From positions 480,001-544,000 of the forward strand of contig CAXXHO010000003.1 in assembly GCA_963667725.2 (NCBI GenBank): a DNA stretch of 64,000 nt. Reading direction: 5' to 3'. Origin of the DNA: Treponemataceae bacterium (GTDB lineage: Bacteria; Spirochaetota; Spirochaetia; Treponematales; Rectinemataceae). Shown in pieces: positions 1 through 12,572 of the stretch (position 1 is the stretch's first letter; each line of letters starts with the position of its first letter). A model generated the notes under the pieces. That model searched no databases. It was not told where the DNA came from and saw nothing but the letters and a program-made list of their open reading frames with translations. The translations under genes were made by a program, and so were the position numbers.

Positions 1-13
1 AAGGGCAGGTAGC

Positions 14-958
14 TTACTTATTCTCTTTATAGAACTTCTCGGCACCCGCATGCAGGGGAATGGACATGCCTTCGAGAGCGCTGGCGAGCTTAATGTTTGC
101 TCCCTGAGAATGCGCGGCTACAAGCCTCGGGCCGTTCGCGAACATGGTCTTCAGCATCTGATAGACCAGATCGGCGTCGAGTTTGGCACTGACGGCGAGC
201 ATGGATTTCATGCAGAGGGAGGGGGTATCCACCGTGATGCCATTATAGGTGTTGGCCGGAACGACCGTGGGGGCATAGAAGGACCATTTAGCCATAAGCT
301 TGTCCTGAAGGGCTTTGTCTACCGGCACGAGGATAGTCTTCTTGGAGATCGCGAGATCCTGGATAGCTGCGATCGGGAAACCGCCGGTCGTGAAGGCGGC
401 GTCGATGTTGCCGTCTTTCAGGTTGGAAGCGGATTCGGCGAACGAGAGGTACTGAACCTTGATGTCGGAATAGGTGAGTCCTGCTGCTTCGAGGTACTGC
501 TTGGCGTTCGCTTCAACGCCTGAACCGGCAGCGCCGACCGATACTTTCTTGCCCTTGAGGTCATAGACGGACTTGATCCCCGAAGACTGGAGGGCGATCA
601 GCTGGACGGTTTCATTGTAGAGGCTTGCCATGCCGCGGAGTTCGGGCACCGGTTTGCCGTTAAACTGGTCCAGGACAACGCCGTCGTGGGCATAATACGC
701 GACATCGTTCTGGATGATGACGACGTCTACCTTCCCATCTTTAAGCAAGGTGACATTCGCGGCCGACGCACCCGTGGCCTGAGCTGTGGCGTTCATCTTG
801 GCGATGTTCTTGTTCCAGATCTCGGCCATGGCGCCGCCGAGGGGATAGTAGGTTCCAGCGGTGCCGCCGGTACCTATCGTGATGAATCTCTGCTGCGCCG
901 ATACGGCGCCGACGGCGATAAGGAGACAGAACGAGATTGCCAATAGCTTCTTCATCAA
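14..958 (-). CDS. TAXI-family TRAP transporter solute-binding subunit
   Basis: Signal peptide; ITIGTGGTAGTYYPLG, LKGKKVSVGAAGSG and PLHAGAEKFYKE are TAXI signatures. Confidence 0.93.
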   Translation of the reverse strand: MMKKLLAISFCLLIAVGAVSAQQRFITIGTGGTAGTYYPLGGAMAEIWNKNIAKMNATAQATGASAANVTLLKDGKVDVVIIQNDVAYYAHDGVVLDQFNGKPVPELRGMASLYNETVQLIALQSSGIKSVYDLKGKKVSVGAAGSGVEANAKQYLEAAGLTYSDIKVQYLSFAESASNLKDGNIDAAFTTGGFPIAAIQDLAISKKTILVPVDKALQDKLMAKWSFYAPTVVPANTYNGITVDTPSLCMKSMLAVSAKLDADLVYQMLKTMFANGPRLVAAHSQGANIKLASALEGMSIPLHAGAEKFYKENK

Positions 959-1379
959 AAACCTCCGGTAAACAATTTGGGGATGTAAAACAGCCTATTC
1001 CCCGACAGGCTCAACCGAAGCAGTATAGTATGGTTTTTGCTATTTCGCAATCTTGATTTTGCCAATCAAAAATGATTTATTGAAGCGGGAAAGAAGCAAA
1101 AAAAGAAGGCTTCCGGAGAAGGAGGCACAACCCGGAAGTCTTCAGCGCCAAATTCTGGGCACGAAACCCGGAAATCGGCAGTCAGGAAAAAATATATAGT
1201 GAATTCTAAATAATGGTCAATACTTATCGATAAAAAAAGCCCTTTAAAATTCAAATTCTTTCTTTTCAAGAATGAGATTGCGCATCGACCGTCTCTCGTG
1301 TATGGTTCTTGCGGGTATTTTCCCATGGAAAAGGGGCGCTGCCGCGCCTCTTCACGCCGCGCATACGGGAGGCCGTTCC

Positions 1380-2681
1380 GTGATTTCTTTCGAGCGCTGG
1401 AGAGATGGCTTCGTCATGACCGTGGAAGGCCGAAGAATCCTGAGACACTCCTCTTCTTCCCCCGCCATTTTCTTGGGAACAACGAAGGTGAAAGCCTCGT
1501 CCAAGAAGGTTCAAGGCATTGGGGATGGGCAAGTCTGGAAAAATCCCGGAGCCTGCGAGATCATCAATGAAGGCCCTGATCTGACTGTCCTGGAATTCGG
1601 CTCCTTCTGTACTATCCGGATTTCGTATGTAGACAGAGTGCTTCGTCTTCGTTTTTTCCCCTCTTCAGCCATAAACGGGGGAATCAGGATAAAACTGGGA
1701 GCGAATCCCAAGGAAAAGCTGTTCGGCGCCGGCCCGTCGACACTCTACGACCTGAAAGGCAAGAAGCTTCTGACGCGTCCCTCTGACGACAAGACAAAAC
1801 TCCGCGGCAACCTTTCGGTCATGTCGAATATGGGCACCTGGATGAATGTCGACGGCGGGGAAATCCTCAGCTGGAACTTCGGGGCTTCTCTTACCGACCT
1901 GTCCTGTTCCGTATTGCCGGCTGAGATCGCGCTGGGCTTCGGGAATTCGACCGCGATGGGCATAGAAATGCTTACGCGTCATTTGGCCGGAAAGCTGGGA
2001 AAGACCGTCAGGGAAAGACTTCCGCAAAGCATACAGAGCGGGTTCTTTCTTGAAGAGGCTTTCGCCGAACCGCTTCCTGCCGACGCCGGAAGGCTGAAAA
2101 GCGCCGAAGATCTCGTCACCATGATTCTCTCCCTCTCCCTTGCGGGAAAGGGCAATGTGTACATGCCCCTTGACGGTTTCAGAATGAAGGATGCGGCAAA
2201 CTCGCGGAGTGACGCGGCTCATGCGCTGGAAATCGCGGCATTTGGTCCGCTCTTCACCATGTCCGAACCGGAGAATGTTCAGGATGAGGTTCTCGGACGT
2301 CGGATGAAGGCCGCCCTCACGATTCATGAGATGCTGAAGCCTTATAGGGATTTTTGTTCGGAAAACTGGGTTGAAAAAGGTATACCGATCCTGATCCATC
2401 CCGCCGTCTATTATCCCGAGGAAGAAGGGCTCTGGGAACTCAGGGATCAGTATATGTTCGGTCCCGATCTCCTGATAGCCCCGACTCCCGAGGGCGGGAC
2501 GCGAACGCGCCGTCTCTGTTTGCCCCGTGATGAATGGATACACCTTTGGACATCGCGCCATTATCGAAACGGCGCGACAGTCGTCGACGCCCCGGAGGGG
2601 AAACCCGCGGTTTTCTATAGAAAAGAAAGCAGATTCGTCGAACTTTTTAACGCGATACGGCAGAAGGCGACCAGGTTCTAG
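1380..2681 (+). CDS. GH31 (YihQ/alpha-glucosidase-like) protein with a shortened central domain
   Basis: C-terminal DQYMFGPDLLIAP...LPRDEWIHLWT...DAPEGKPAVFYR is typical of GH31. GTG start at 1380 follows GGGAGG. Much shorter than typical GH31 and no catalytic WxD motif seen. Confidence 0.65.
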   Translation: MISFERWRDGFVMTVEGRRILRHSSSSPAIFLGTTKVKASSKKVQGIGDGQVWKNPGACEIINEGPDLTVLEFGSFCTIRISYVDRVLRLRFFPSSAINGGIRIKLGANPKEKLFGAGPSTLYDLKGKKLLTRPSDDKTKLRGNLSVMSNMGTWMNVDGGEILSWNFGASLTDLSCSVLPAEIALGFGNSTAMGIEMLTRHLAGKLGKTVRERLPQSIQSGFFLEEAFAEPLPADAGRLKSAEDLVTMILSLSLAGKGNVYMPLDGFRMKDAANSRSDAAHALEIAAFGPLFTMSEPENVQDEVLGRRMKAALTIHEMLKPYRDFCSENWVEKGIPILIHPAVYYPEEEGLWELRDQYMFGPDLLIAPTPEGGTRTRRLCLPRDEWIHLWTSRHYRNGATVVDAPEGKPAVFYRKESRFVELFNAIRQKATRF

Positions 2682-2707
2682 GATTTTATCCAGGCATTTC
2701 CGTCGAC

Positions 2708-3979
2708 TTACCGATGTTTGCGGAGCATAAGCACTACCGCGCGGGCTTCGATGGCGTTTCCCGCGCCGATTTCCCCGAATCCCTCATTGGTCTTGGCCTT
2801 GACCGAAACAGCGTCGGCAGGAATTCCGAGCCGGCTGGCGATGGAGGCGCGGATCTCGTCGCGCCGCGGCCCCAGCCTGGGTTTTTCTAGGATAACGGTG
2901 CAGTCCATATTGCCAATCTTCCAACCCGCTTCGGCTGCTTTTTGGGCGGCGAGAGCGGCCAATTGCCCCGAATCGGCGTCTTTCCAGAGAGGATCCGACG
3001 GCGGAAAATGGGAACCGATATCGCCCAACGCCAATGCTCCGATGAGGGCATCGGTGATGGCATGCCAGAGGACATCACCGTCGGAATGACCGGCTTCGCC
3101 CCTGTCGTGTTCGAGGCGGATTCCCCCGATCAGCAGCCTTCTGCCCGGAACGAGGGGGTGGATGTCCCAGCCCTCGCCGATCCTGAACGCGGGTGCGTCT
3201 TCTTCCATGGGCAAATCTTCCCTGTAGGTGATTTTTCTGTTTTTCCTGTCGCCGGGGACGGAGGCCACTTTTCCGATATAGCGATCCCATAGCGAGGCGT
3301 CATCCGTGCAGGTCCAGCCTTCGGCGGCGGCGGCGCCGTGGGCGGCGGCGAGGGCCGCGAGGGCGAATCCCTGGGGGGTCTGAGCGGCCTTTACCGAATC
3401 GCGCTCAAGGTGGGTTTGGATGAAGCCGTCGGCCGATATCGCTTTGGGAGTGTCGGGGAGATCGCTCAGGGGAATGCAGGCGCCGTTGGCTCTGGCGGCG
3501 GCAAGGACAGCGTCGACGGTATCGGCCGCCACCCAGGGACGAGCCGCGTCATGCACGAGGACGACTGCCCCGGCCGGATCGATGGCGGTGCCGGGAAGAG
3601 CGGCGCCACAGGCTTCGATGAGCGCGTCGAGCCCGCTTTTCACCGAGGCTTGTCTCGTTTCTCCGCCCTGGATGAAACGAAGGCCGCATGCCAGCGCGGT
3701 CAGTTTTCCTGCCAGCTCTTCGTCGATGCTCGCCCGTATCTCGTCGAGCCGGCCGGCTGGATAGGTAACGACGACGCCGGCGAGATCCTCGAGATGGAGA
3801 AAGCCCTCAAGCGAATGCTGAAGTATGCTTTTGCCTTCTAGAGAAAGGAGTTCTTTTTTTGTGCCGCCGAACCGCGAACTGGATCCGGCCGCTGTCAGAA
3901 GGAGAAAGGCTCCGTGGCCGAGGGGCAGGCGAGGAGCCTCCAGGCAGCGATGAGCATCCAGCTGGTCTGTGCCGGACAT
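2708..3979 (-). CDS. ispDF: Bifunctional IspD/IspF
   Basis: AAGSSSRFGG, GGETRQASV, VHDAARP and QTPQGF (IspD), followed by RIGEGWDIH, HSDGDVLWHAITDA and VKAKTNE (IspF). Confidence 0.95.
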   Translation of the reverse strand: MSGTDQLDAHRCLEAPRLPLGHGAFLLLTAAGSSSRFGGTKKELLSLEGKSILQHSLEGFLHLEDLAGVVVTYPAGRLDEIRASIDEELAGKLTALACGLRFIQGGETRQASVKSGLDALIEACGAALPGTAIDPAGAVVLVHDAARPWVAADTVDAVLAAARANGACIPLSDLPDTPKAISADGFIQTHLERDSVKAAQTPQGFALAALAAAHGAAAAEGWTCTDDASLWDRYIGKVASVPGDRKNRKITYREDLPMEEDAPAFRIGEGWDIHPLVPGRRLLIGGIRLEHDRGEAGHSDGDVLWHAITDALIGALALGDIGSHFPPSDPLWKDADSGQLAALAAQKAAEAGWKIGNMDCTVILEKPRLGPRRDEIRASIASRLGIPADAVSVKAKTNEGFGEIGAGNAIEARAVVLMLRKHR

Positions 3980-3985
3980 CGGATA

Positions 3986-4486
3986 TCAGCTCTCGAGGCG
4001 CGCGTGGATGAGTTCGGCGATTTCTTCCTTCGGCTTTCCGAGCGAGAAAGAAATCTCGTCCTGCAGGAGGTTTATCGCCGAATCGTAGAGCTTCCGCTCG
4101 AGGATGGGGAGTTCCTTGATCTTCGAGCGATGATAGAGAGAGCGTACGACAGATGCTATATCCATTATAGAACCTTTCTTGAGGAGGTCCAGGTTCATCT
4201 GGTAGCGAAGTTTCCAGTCTGATGGTATGGGGGCGTAGTCCTCCGAAATGAAGGTCAGCGCCAGTTCGGCCTCGGTCTGGGGAACGATGGGGCGCAGTCC
4301 CAGGAATTCCGCCTTGTCCACGGGCACCATCACGGTCATGTCGGAAAACTCGAGATAGATGATGTAGTAGAGAATCTTGGAATCCTTGAAGGATTTTTCC
4401 CTGATCTCGAGGATGCGTCCGACACCCTGGCTGGGATAGACGACGCGCTGATCTATTTTATAGGCGGGGACCGTTTTGTTCTCCAT
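3986..4486 (-). CDS. carD: CarD-family transcriptional regulator
   Basis: VVYPSQGVGRI and WKLRY motifs; directly upstream of ispDF. Confidence 0.92.
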   Translation of the reverse strand: MENKTVPAYKIDQRVVYPSQGVGRILEIREKSFKDSKILYYIIYLEFSDMTVMVPVDKAEFLGLRPIVPQTEAELALTFISEDYAPIPSDWKLRYQMNLDLLKKGSIMDIASVVRSLYHRSKIKELPILERKLYDSAINLLQDEISFSLGKPKEEIAELIHARLES

Positions 4487-4593
4487 AGTAGGTCATTGTA
4501 TCAAAAAAAAGGGCTTTCGTCAAAGCATTGACATCGCAATGACGATTTCCACGCTTGCGGGGATCAAATTCGAAGTGTATCGTTCAGCCTGGT

Positions 4594-5298
4594 ATGAAAA
4601 AGGTCAGACCTCTGCCCCCAGAAGCCTGGGTTTTCCCCTTCATAATAGCCGCCGTCGCCCTGGCTAGCATTGTCTTCAGAGCGGAAATCGCTGATGTCTA
4701 CAGGAACAGAGAGGCCGTCAGGACATGGATGGAAGGGCTCGGCACCCTGGGTCCCATCGTCTTCATCGGCATGCAGATACTCCAAGTCGTCGTCTTCGTG
4801 ATCCCCGGCGAGCTCACCCAGGCTTCGGGCGGCTTTATTTTCGGGTTCTGGGGAGGCGGCATCCTCAGCATGGTCGGGATAGCGGCCGGGTCTCTCATCA
4901 ACTATGGAATAGGCCGATTTTCCGGCCGCCCCTTTATCCGCGGCATTTTGGGCAACGAGCGCCTGGAAAAGGCGGAAAAAGCCCTGACCGAAAACCGAAG
5001 GGCCGAAGCGGGATATTTCCTCCTCTTTCTCCTGCCCGGCATCCCCAAGGATATTCTCTGCTACATCGCCGGCATGGCGAAAACGCCCCTCGTCGAATTC
5101 CTGGCCGAATCCATGTCGGCTCGCCTCCCCGGTATCGCTGGCAGCACCCTCATTGGAATGGCCGCCTATTCCGGCCGGATAGCCCTTACCCTCTGGCTCT
5201 TCGCCGCGGCCGTTATCCTTTTCATCGCCGGGCTTGTCTGGCGCAAGCCGCTCGAAGTCTGGCTCGCCAGGCGCTTTGGCGGGCTGAGAAATCGCTGA
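4594..5298 (+). CDS. TVP38/TMEM64 (VTT/DedA-like) membrane protein
   Basis: QVVVFVIPGE...GFIFG and LFLLPGIPKDILCYIAG motifs; hydrophobic; ATG at 4594. Confidence 0.88.
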   Translation: MKKVRPLPPEAWVFPFIIAAVALASIVFRAEIADVYRNREAVRTWMEGLGTLGPIVFIGMQILQVVVFVIPGELTQASGGFIFGFWGGGILSMVGIAAGSLINYGIGRFSGRPFIRGILGNERLEKAEKALTENRRAEAGYFLLFLLPGIPKDILCYIAGMAKTPLVEFLAESMSARLPGIAGSTLIGMAAYSGRIALTLWLFAAAVILFIAGLVWRKPLEVWLARRFGGLRNR

Positions 5299-5312
5299 AA
5301 CTGGAGGAAACC

Positions 5313-6941
5313 ATGGGCAGAGCCTGGTGGACAGAAGCCGTTTTCTATCAAATCTATCCCCGGAGTTTCAGGGACGCGAACGGCGATGGGACTGGGGACC
5401 TGGCCGGCATAGCGGAAAAAATTGAGTATCTCGAGTGGCTGGGCGTCGATGCCCTCTGGATCTCGCCCTTCTTTCCGAGCCCCATGAAGGACTTCGGCTA
5501 CGATGTTGCCGACTATAGGGACATAGATCCGCTCTTCGGGAGCGCCGAAGATTTCAGGCTGCTTGTAGGAAAAGCCAAGAAGCGCGGGATCAGGATTGTC
5601 CTCGACCTCGTCGCCAACCATAGCTCAGACGAGCATCTCTGGTTCAAGGAGGCGAGGACTTCGCGAGCGTCGCCAAAGCATGGATGGTATCTCTGGGCGC
5701 CCGAGACGGGGAGAGCTCCCAACAACTGGAAGGCGATCTTCGAGCTGGGCACGGCCTGGCACCCCAACCCCGCGACGGGCGAGCGCTATCTCGGAACCTT
5801 CACCCGGCATCAACCGGAATTCGACTGGCGGAACCCGGAAGTCCGGGAAGCCTTCTATGACATCATGCGATACTGGTACGATCTGGGCGTGGACGGATTC
5901 AGGCTCGACGTCGCCACCGCGTACATGAAGGATCCCGAGCTGCGCTCCAATCCGTTCTCCTTCAAGGCTGTCCCGGATTTCTTCCAGAACCATATCAGGG
6001 ATCGCAATCATCCCGATTTTCATGGGGTGTTCAAGGAGATGCGGCGCGTAGCCGACGAATGGGAATCAGCGCGCCCCGGGGCGAGCGTAGCCGGCGAGCG
6101 CGTGCTTATCGGGGAGACCCACGGCGAGAACCCGGCTCTCGCCGCGTCCTGCCATGGCGAACGGGGCGACGAGCTGCACATGGCGTTCAATTTCGATTTC
6201 CTGAACCAGCCCTGGAAGGCCGAAGCCTTTCGGAGCTCGGCGGAGCGCTGGTATTCCCTTCTGCCAGCCGGGGCATGGCCCAATTTTACCTTGAGCAATC
6301 ATGACAGGCCGCGCCATGCCTGGCGCTACCGCTCGCGCGACCCGAAAATCACCGAGGCGAGGGCGAGGATCGCCGCCGCCATGCTCCTTACGCTCAAAGG
6401 TACTCCCTTTCTCTATTACGGAGAAGAGATCGGCCTGACCTGTTACAGGCTGCCCCGCGCCGCCCTCCGCGACCCCCTCGGGATTAAAACCTGGCCACTG
6501 ACCTCCCTCGGCCGCGATCCGGAGCGCAGACCCATGCAATGGGACGGGAGCCCCGACGGCGGATTCGGCTCCGAAAAGCCATGGCTTCCTCTCGGTCCCG
6601 ATTGGCGCGAGCGCAACGTGGAAGCCCAGCGCGGGCGGCCCGACTCCATTCTCGTATGGTACAGGGCTCTTATCGCGCTCAGGCGGACGAGCGTTGCCCT
6701 GAAGAGCGGCTCCCTGCGTTTCCTCGATGCCGCGCCCGGCGTCCTCGCCTATGAAAGGAAGGACGAGGCTTCCGGAGAGAGTATCGCGATTTTTCTCAAT
6801 TTCGCGTCGCGCGGGAGGAAGATCGAATTAAAGGAGAATCTAGTCATCCTGCTTGGAACCGCCCGCCCCGAGGGCGCTGTCCTCGCCGCCGGCGGATCTC
6901 TTCTCGGTCCCTGCGAAGCGCTCATCGCCCGCCAAGGCTGA
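5313..6941 (+). CDS. GH13 alpha-glucosidase/oligo-1,6-glucosidase
   Basis: WWTEAVFYQIYPRSF, DLVANHSS, GVDGFRLDV and SNHD motifs; ATG at 5313 after GGAGG. Confidence 0.93.
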   Translation: MGRAWWTEAVFYQIYPRSFRDANGDGTGDLAGIAEKIEYLEWLGVDALWISPFFPSPMKDFGYDVADYRDIDPLFGSAEDFRLLVGKAKKRGIRIVLDLVANHSSDEHLWFKEARTSRASPKHGWYLWAPETGRAPNNWKAIFELGTAWHPNPATGERYLGTFTRHQPEFDWRNPEVREAFYDIMRYWYDLGVDGFRLDVATAYMKDPELRSNPFSFKAVPDFFQNHIRDRNHPDFHGVFKEMRRVADEWESARPGASVAGERVLIGETHGENPALAASCHGERGDELHMAFNFDFLNQPWKAEAFRSSAERWYSLLPAGAWPNFTLSNHDRPRHAWRYRSRDPKITEARARIAAAMLLTLKGTPFLYYGEEIGLTCYRLPRAALRDPLGIKTWPLTSLGRDPERRPMQWDGSPDGGFGSEKPWLPLGPDWRERNVEAQRGRPDSILVWYRALIALRRTSVALKSGSLRFLDAAPGVLAYERKDEASGESIAIFLNFASRGRKIELKENLVILLGTARPEGAVLAAGGSLLGPCEALIARQG

Positions 6942-7592
6942 ATCCGCGCTCCTGGGAAGGTGGCGGGGCTTGCCGCCAACTGAGGCCCGCTCTATCTGGT
7001 ATTCCTGCATGCGCGAAAATGCGTTGAGAAGCCTCCGCTTGTCAGGATAATCCTCCAATCCGGCCGATTCCAGGGTACAGAGCAGTTCGTGCACGGTCTC
7101 CAGGGTGGAGAGGCAGAGAGGGCCGGGTTGTCGCTTGATTAGCCACCGGCTCGGCGTTTGGGGCGTGAACATCAGCCTGGGAAGCCTCATCAGTCCGGGA
7201 CTCTCACGGAGGACGGCCTTGGAACAGGCCCAGGTAGCGTCGACGAGGAAGGCGACGATCTTCCGCCCGGAAACCTCGCCCGCGAACCGTTCCGCCATTC
7301 CTGGGTTGGAGAGATCGAAGGAGCCGCTGCTAGGGTAGAGGAGGACGGGAAAATTCTCGGGATCGTCGATGAGTTCCCTGACCCGATTATGCCCGTCGAA
7401 GGCGATTCCCGGTAGCAATTCCGCGCCGGCTATATTCAGACAGGTCATCCGCCCCGTGCCGCAGCGCTCGCGCCGCCATTCCTTGGGGTGCATGAGAAGG
7501 ACGATTTTCGTGCGCAGGACCATCGGAGGCTCGACAGGGCAGAGGCAGGATTCCCGAGGACGGCGGCAGCGGGGACAAACATTCCGAAACAA
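6840..7592 (-). CDS. DTW-domain tRNA-uridine aminocarboxypropyltransferase
   Basis: CPRC..CLC, LMHPKE, DATW and LSTLE motifs. Confidence 0.88.
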   Translation of the reverse strand: MFRNVCPRCRRPRESCLCPVEPPMVLRTKIVLLMHPKEWRRERCGTGRMTCLNIAGAELLPGIAFDGHNRVRELIDDPENFPVLLYPSSGSFDLSNPGMAERFAGEVSGRKIVAFLVDATWACSKAVLRESPGLMRLPRLMFTPQTPSRWLIKRQPGPLCLSTLETVHELLCTLESAGLEDYPDKRRLLNAFSRMQEYQIERASVGGKPRHLPRSADSALAGDERFAGTEKRSAGGEDSALGAGGSKQDD

Positions 7593-7756
7593 TCTTTATC
7601 GCTCCTGGCGAGTACTATACAATAAATCGAACATCCTGGGGATAGACGAGCGGAAGAGGAATAGCTTCCAGTCTTTGGCTCCGGAGCTTTTTTTTATTAT
7701 TATAAATGAGAATGATCGCGAAAATACAAACCCCGATATAGCCAGGAGCCATACTC

Positions 7757-9595
<1,839 letters not shown>

Positions 9596-9607
9596 AAGAG
9601 GTGATGC

Positions 9608-11146
9608 TTGAAGCGGCTACAGAAGATTTTATCGAGCAAGGCGAACCTGGTGTTCTTCGCGATGCTCATCCAGCTGGCGATCCTCGTAGCTGGCCTCATC
9701 GCGTTCATGGATTCCTTCTATATTTTTTATAGTTTGAGCATCGTGTTGAGCTTTGCCGTCGTCCTATGGATTCTCAACGACACGAGCAATCCCGCGTATA
9801 AGATAGCCTGGCTCATCCCGATTCTCGTCTTCCCCATTTTTGGAGGAATCTTCTATCTCTTTTTCGGCAAGATTCGCCTGAGCGGGAAAATGAAGCAGCA
9901 GATCAAGGAAGGCGAAAAATGGGTGCGTCCGCTGACGACGCGGGGGAGCGAGGACCTCAGGAGACTGGAATCCCTGAATATTGACGCCGCCATGCAGTCG
10001 CGCTATCTCAGCGTCAACGCCAGGAACCCGGTCTGGACCCATACGGCCTCAGAATATCTTCCCAGCGGGGAAATAGCCTTTGCGCGCATAACCGAAGCGC
10101 TGAAAAAGGCCGAACATTTCATATTCATCGAATTCTTCATCATCGGGGAAGGCCGGATGTGGGAGACCATCCTCTCCATCCTCGCGGAGAAGGCGAAGCT
10201 GGGCGTGGACGTGCGCGTCATGTACGACGATTTCGGCTGCCTCGGGCGATTGCCGTCCAACTATGAGAAGCGGCTGGAAGCCATGGGCATCAAATGCGCG
10301 GTCTTCAACCTGCTCAAGCCCCTTCTCTCCGCCAGCTACAATCACCGCGATCACCGGAAGATCCTGGTGATAGACGGCAGGGTGGGATTCACCGGCGGCA
10401 TAAATCTGGCCGACGAGTACATCAACGAATTCCCTCGATTCGGTCACTGGAAGGACAACGCCATCATGCTGGAAGGGGATGCCGTGGCCAGCTTCACGTC
10501 CATGTTCCTCAAGCTGTGGAGCTTCGCGAGGCGGAAGCATGATGACGACCTGCGGTACGAAATCTTCCCCCAGGAAGGATGGCCCGTCTTGGAATCCGAC
10601 GGATTCGTCCAGCCCTACGAGGACAGCCCCCTGGACTCTGAACTTGTCGGGGAAAATGTCTACCTGAATATCATCGGCAAGGCAAAACGATATCTCTACA
10701 TCACGACGCCTTACCTCATCATCGACAACGAAATGCTGATGGCGCTCACCCTGGCCGCGAAGAACGGACTGGATGTCCGCATCATAACTCCTCATATTCC
10801 CGACAAATGGTATGTCCATGCCGTCACCCGCGCCAACTATCGCGCGCTTGTCGCCGGCGGCGTGCGGATCTTCGAGTATCTGCCCGGTTTCATCCATTCG
10901 AAGACCTTCGTGGCGGACGATATTTTCGGCACTGTGGGCACCATAAACCTGGATTTCAGGAGCCTCTACCTCCATTTTGAATGCGGCGTCTGGCTTTACG
11001 GCTGCAGAAGCCTTTTTGCCATGCGCGACGACTTTCTCGCCACCTTGGGGAAATGCCAGGAAGTGACCATCGCTGAGCTCGATGCCATTAAAATTCATCG
11101 CAAGGTTGCCGGCTGGCTGCTGAAGGTCTTTTCGCCCTTGCTCTAA
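9608..11146 (+). CDS. cls: Cardiolipin synthase
   Basis: N-terminal TM segments and two HKD motifs (DHRKILVIDG, HSKTFVADD). Confidence 0.95.
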   Translation: MKRLQKILSSKANLVFFAMLIQLAILVAGLIAFMDSFYIFYSLSIVLSFAVVLWILNDTSNPAYKIAWLIPILVFPIFGGIFYLFFGKIRLSGKMKQQIKEGEKWVRPLTTRGSEDLRRLESLNIDAAMQSRYLSVNARNPVWTHTASEYLPSGEIAFARITEALKKAEHFIFIEFFIIGEGRMWETILSILAEKAKLGVDVRVMYDDFGCLGRLPSNYEKRLEAMGIKCAVFNLLKPLLSASYNHRDHRKILVIDGRVGFTGGINLADEYINEFPRFGHWKDNAIMLEGDAVASFTSMFLKLWSFARRKHDDDLRYEIFPQEGWPVLESDGFVQPYEDSPLDSELVGENVYLNIIGKAKRYLYITTPYLIIDNEMLMALTLAAKNGLDVRIITPHIPDKWYVHAVTRANYRALVAGGVRIFEYLPGFIHSKTFVADDIFGTVGTINLDFRSLYLHFECGVWLYGCRSLFAMRDDFLATLGKCQEVTIAELDAIKIHRKVAGWLLKVFSPLL

Positions 11147-11270
11147 GCTTCTCGGGAGATCAGGGAAATCTTGCCATTTTGCTTTTTTTCTTGGATCAAG
11201 TCCCTTTTTTAAGTATCTTTGACATATAAGTATTCCTGAATATAGGAAAATCTTATTTAAGGAGTGTTAT

Positions 11271-11885
11271 ATGTCATTTACCGTACCCGAACTGAAATAT
11301 TCTCTTGACGCCCTCGAGCCGCACATCGACGCGGAGACTATGCGCATCCATCACGACAAGCATCATGCCGCCTATGTCGCGAATCTCAACAAGGCAATCG
11401 AAGGAACCGATTACGCGGCCTGGAATCTTGAAGCTCTCGTCCGCGACTGGAAGGAACTTCCCTCGTCGATCCAGACCGCCGTGCGGAACAACGGCGGCGG
11501 CCATTACAATCACGGCTTTTTCTGGGAGAGCATCGCCCCGAACGCGGGCGGCAAACCCTCGGGCGCTCTTGCCGCCGCCATGGAAAAAGAGCTGGGCGGC
11601 TTCGACGCATTCAAGGCCGAATTCAGCAAGGCGGCCATGGGCCGATTCGGTTCGGGCTGGGCATGGCTGTCCTTCGACGGAAAATCCAGGAAGCTCGTCA
11701 TCGGATCCACGGCCAACCAGGACAGTCCTATGGCTGAAGGCTTGACGCCTCTCCTCGGCGTGGATGTTTGGGAACATGCTTATTATCTGAAATACCAGAA
11801 TCGCAGAGCCGATTATCTGGAGGCATTCTTCAATGTCATCGACTGGGGAAAGGTCGAGGAACGATTCGAGAGGGTGGCGGGCTGA
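11271..11885 (+). CDS. sodA: Mn/Fe superoxide dismutase
   Basis: [15 protein letters not shown] and DVWEHAYY; the GGG motif favours the Mn type. Confidence 0.93.
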   Translation: MSFTVPELKYSLDALEPHIDAETMRIHHDKHHAAYVANLNKAIEGTDYAAWNLEALVRDWKELPSSIQTAVRNNGGGHYNHGFFWESIAPNAGGKPSGALAAAMEKELGGFDAFKAEFSKAAMGRFGSGWAWLSFDGKSRKLVIGSTANQDSPMAEGLTPLLGVDVWEHAYYLKYQNRRADYLEAFFNVIDWGKVEERFERVAG

Positions 11886-11961
11886 GGCCGAAATCCAGCC
11901 GCGGCCACGGTCGCGCGCATGGCCGCGGTGACGGTCATAATCGCGGTCGCAGGCCATTAAC

Positions 11962-12001
11962 GAAAAGAGCTCCTTGCATGCCAGGGGGCTCTTTTCTTTT
12001 T
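11962..12001 (+). terminator. Intrinsic terminator after sod
   Basis: GAAAAGAGC...GCTCTTTTC stem followed by a T run. Confidence 0.75.
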
Positions 12002-12051
12002 AGTTAATAAAGCCATAAGATAGCGCAAAGATCGTTCATTGGAGACAGCAT

Positions 12052-12498
12052 ATGAATATCAGCCTGATGACAGCCGATGATTATGAAGCCGTGTATTCGC
12101 TATGGATTAATACGGCCGGCATGGGGCTTAACAGCCTGGATGATTCAAGAGAAGGAATTGAAACCTACCTGAAGAGAAATCCCGCCACCTGTTTTGTGGC
12201 CAAAGAAGAAAAAAGAGTGGTCGGCGTCATTCTCAGCGGCCACGATGGGCGAAGAGGGTACATTTACCATACGGCGGTGGATATGGATGAAAGAGGGAAG
12301 GGCATAGGGAAGCGATTGGTAGAGAAAGCCATGGAGGCTTTGAGGCAAGAAGGGATACATAAGGTAGGCCTTGTCGTCTTCGGGAAGAATGAGACTGGCA
12401 ATAATTTTTGGGAAAGAATCGGATTTGAGGAGAGGAAAGACTTAATCTATAGAAGCAAGATAATCACGTCGAGGAATATGGAAAGAATCGATACCTGA
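12052..12498 (+). CDS. GNAT acetyltransferase (YpeA-like)
   Basis: GHDGRRGYIYH and RGKGIGKRLV acetyl-CoA motif. Confidence 0.9.
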   Translation: MNISLMTADDYEAVYSLWINTAGMGLNSLDDSREGIETYLKRNPATCFVAKEEKRVVGVILSGHDGRRGYIYHTAVDMDERGKGIGKRLVEKAMEALRQEGIHKVGLVVFGKNETGNNFWERIGFEERKDLIYRSKIITSRNMERIDT

Positions 12499-12572
12499 TT
12501 GAGCGGGCAGGATCTATCGCCTAACGGCAGCTCCTGCCATGCTCATGAAATAAGGACTATTTTAATTTCTCC

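Noticed and set aside
4725..5312. N-terminal extension of the GH13 ORF
   Set aside because: Overlaps the TVP38 gene; homology and RBS start at 5313.
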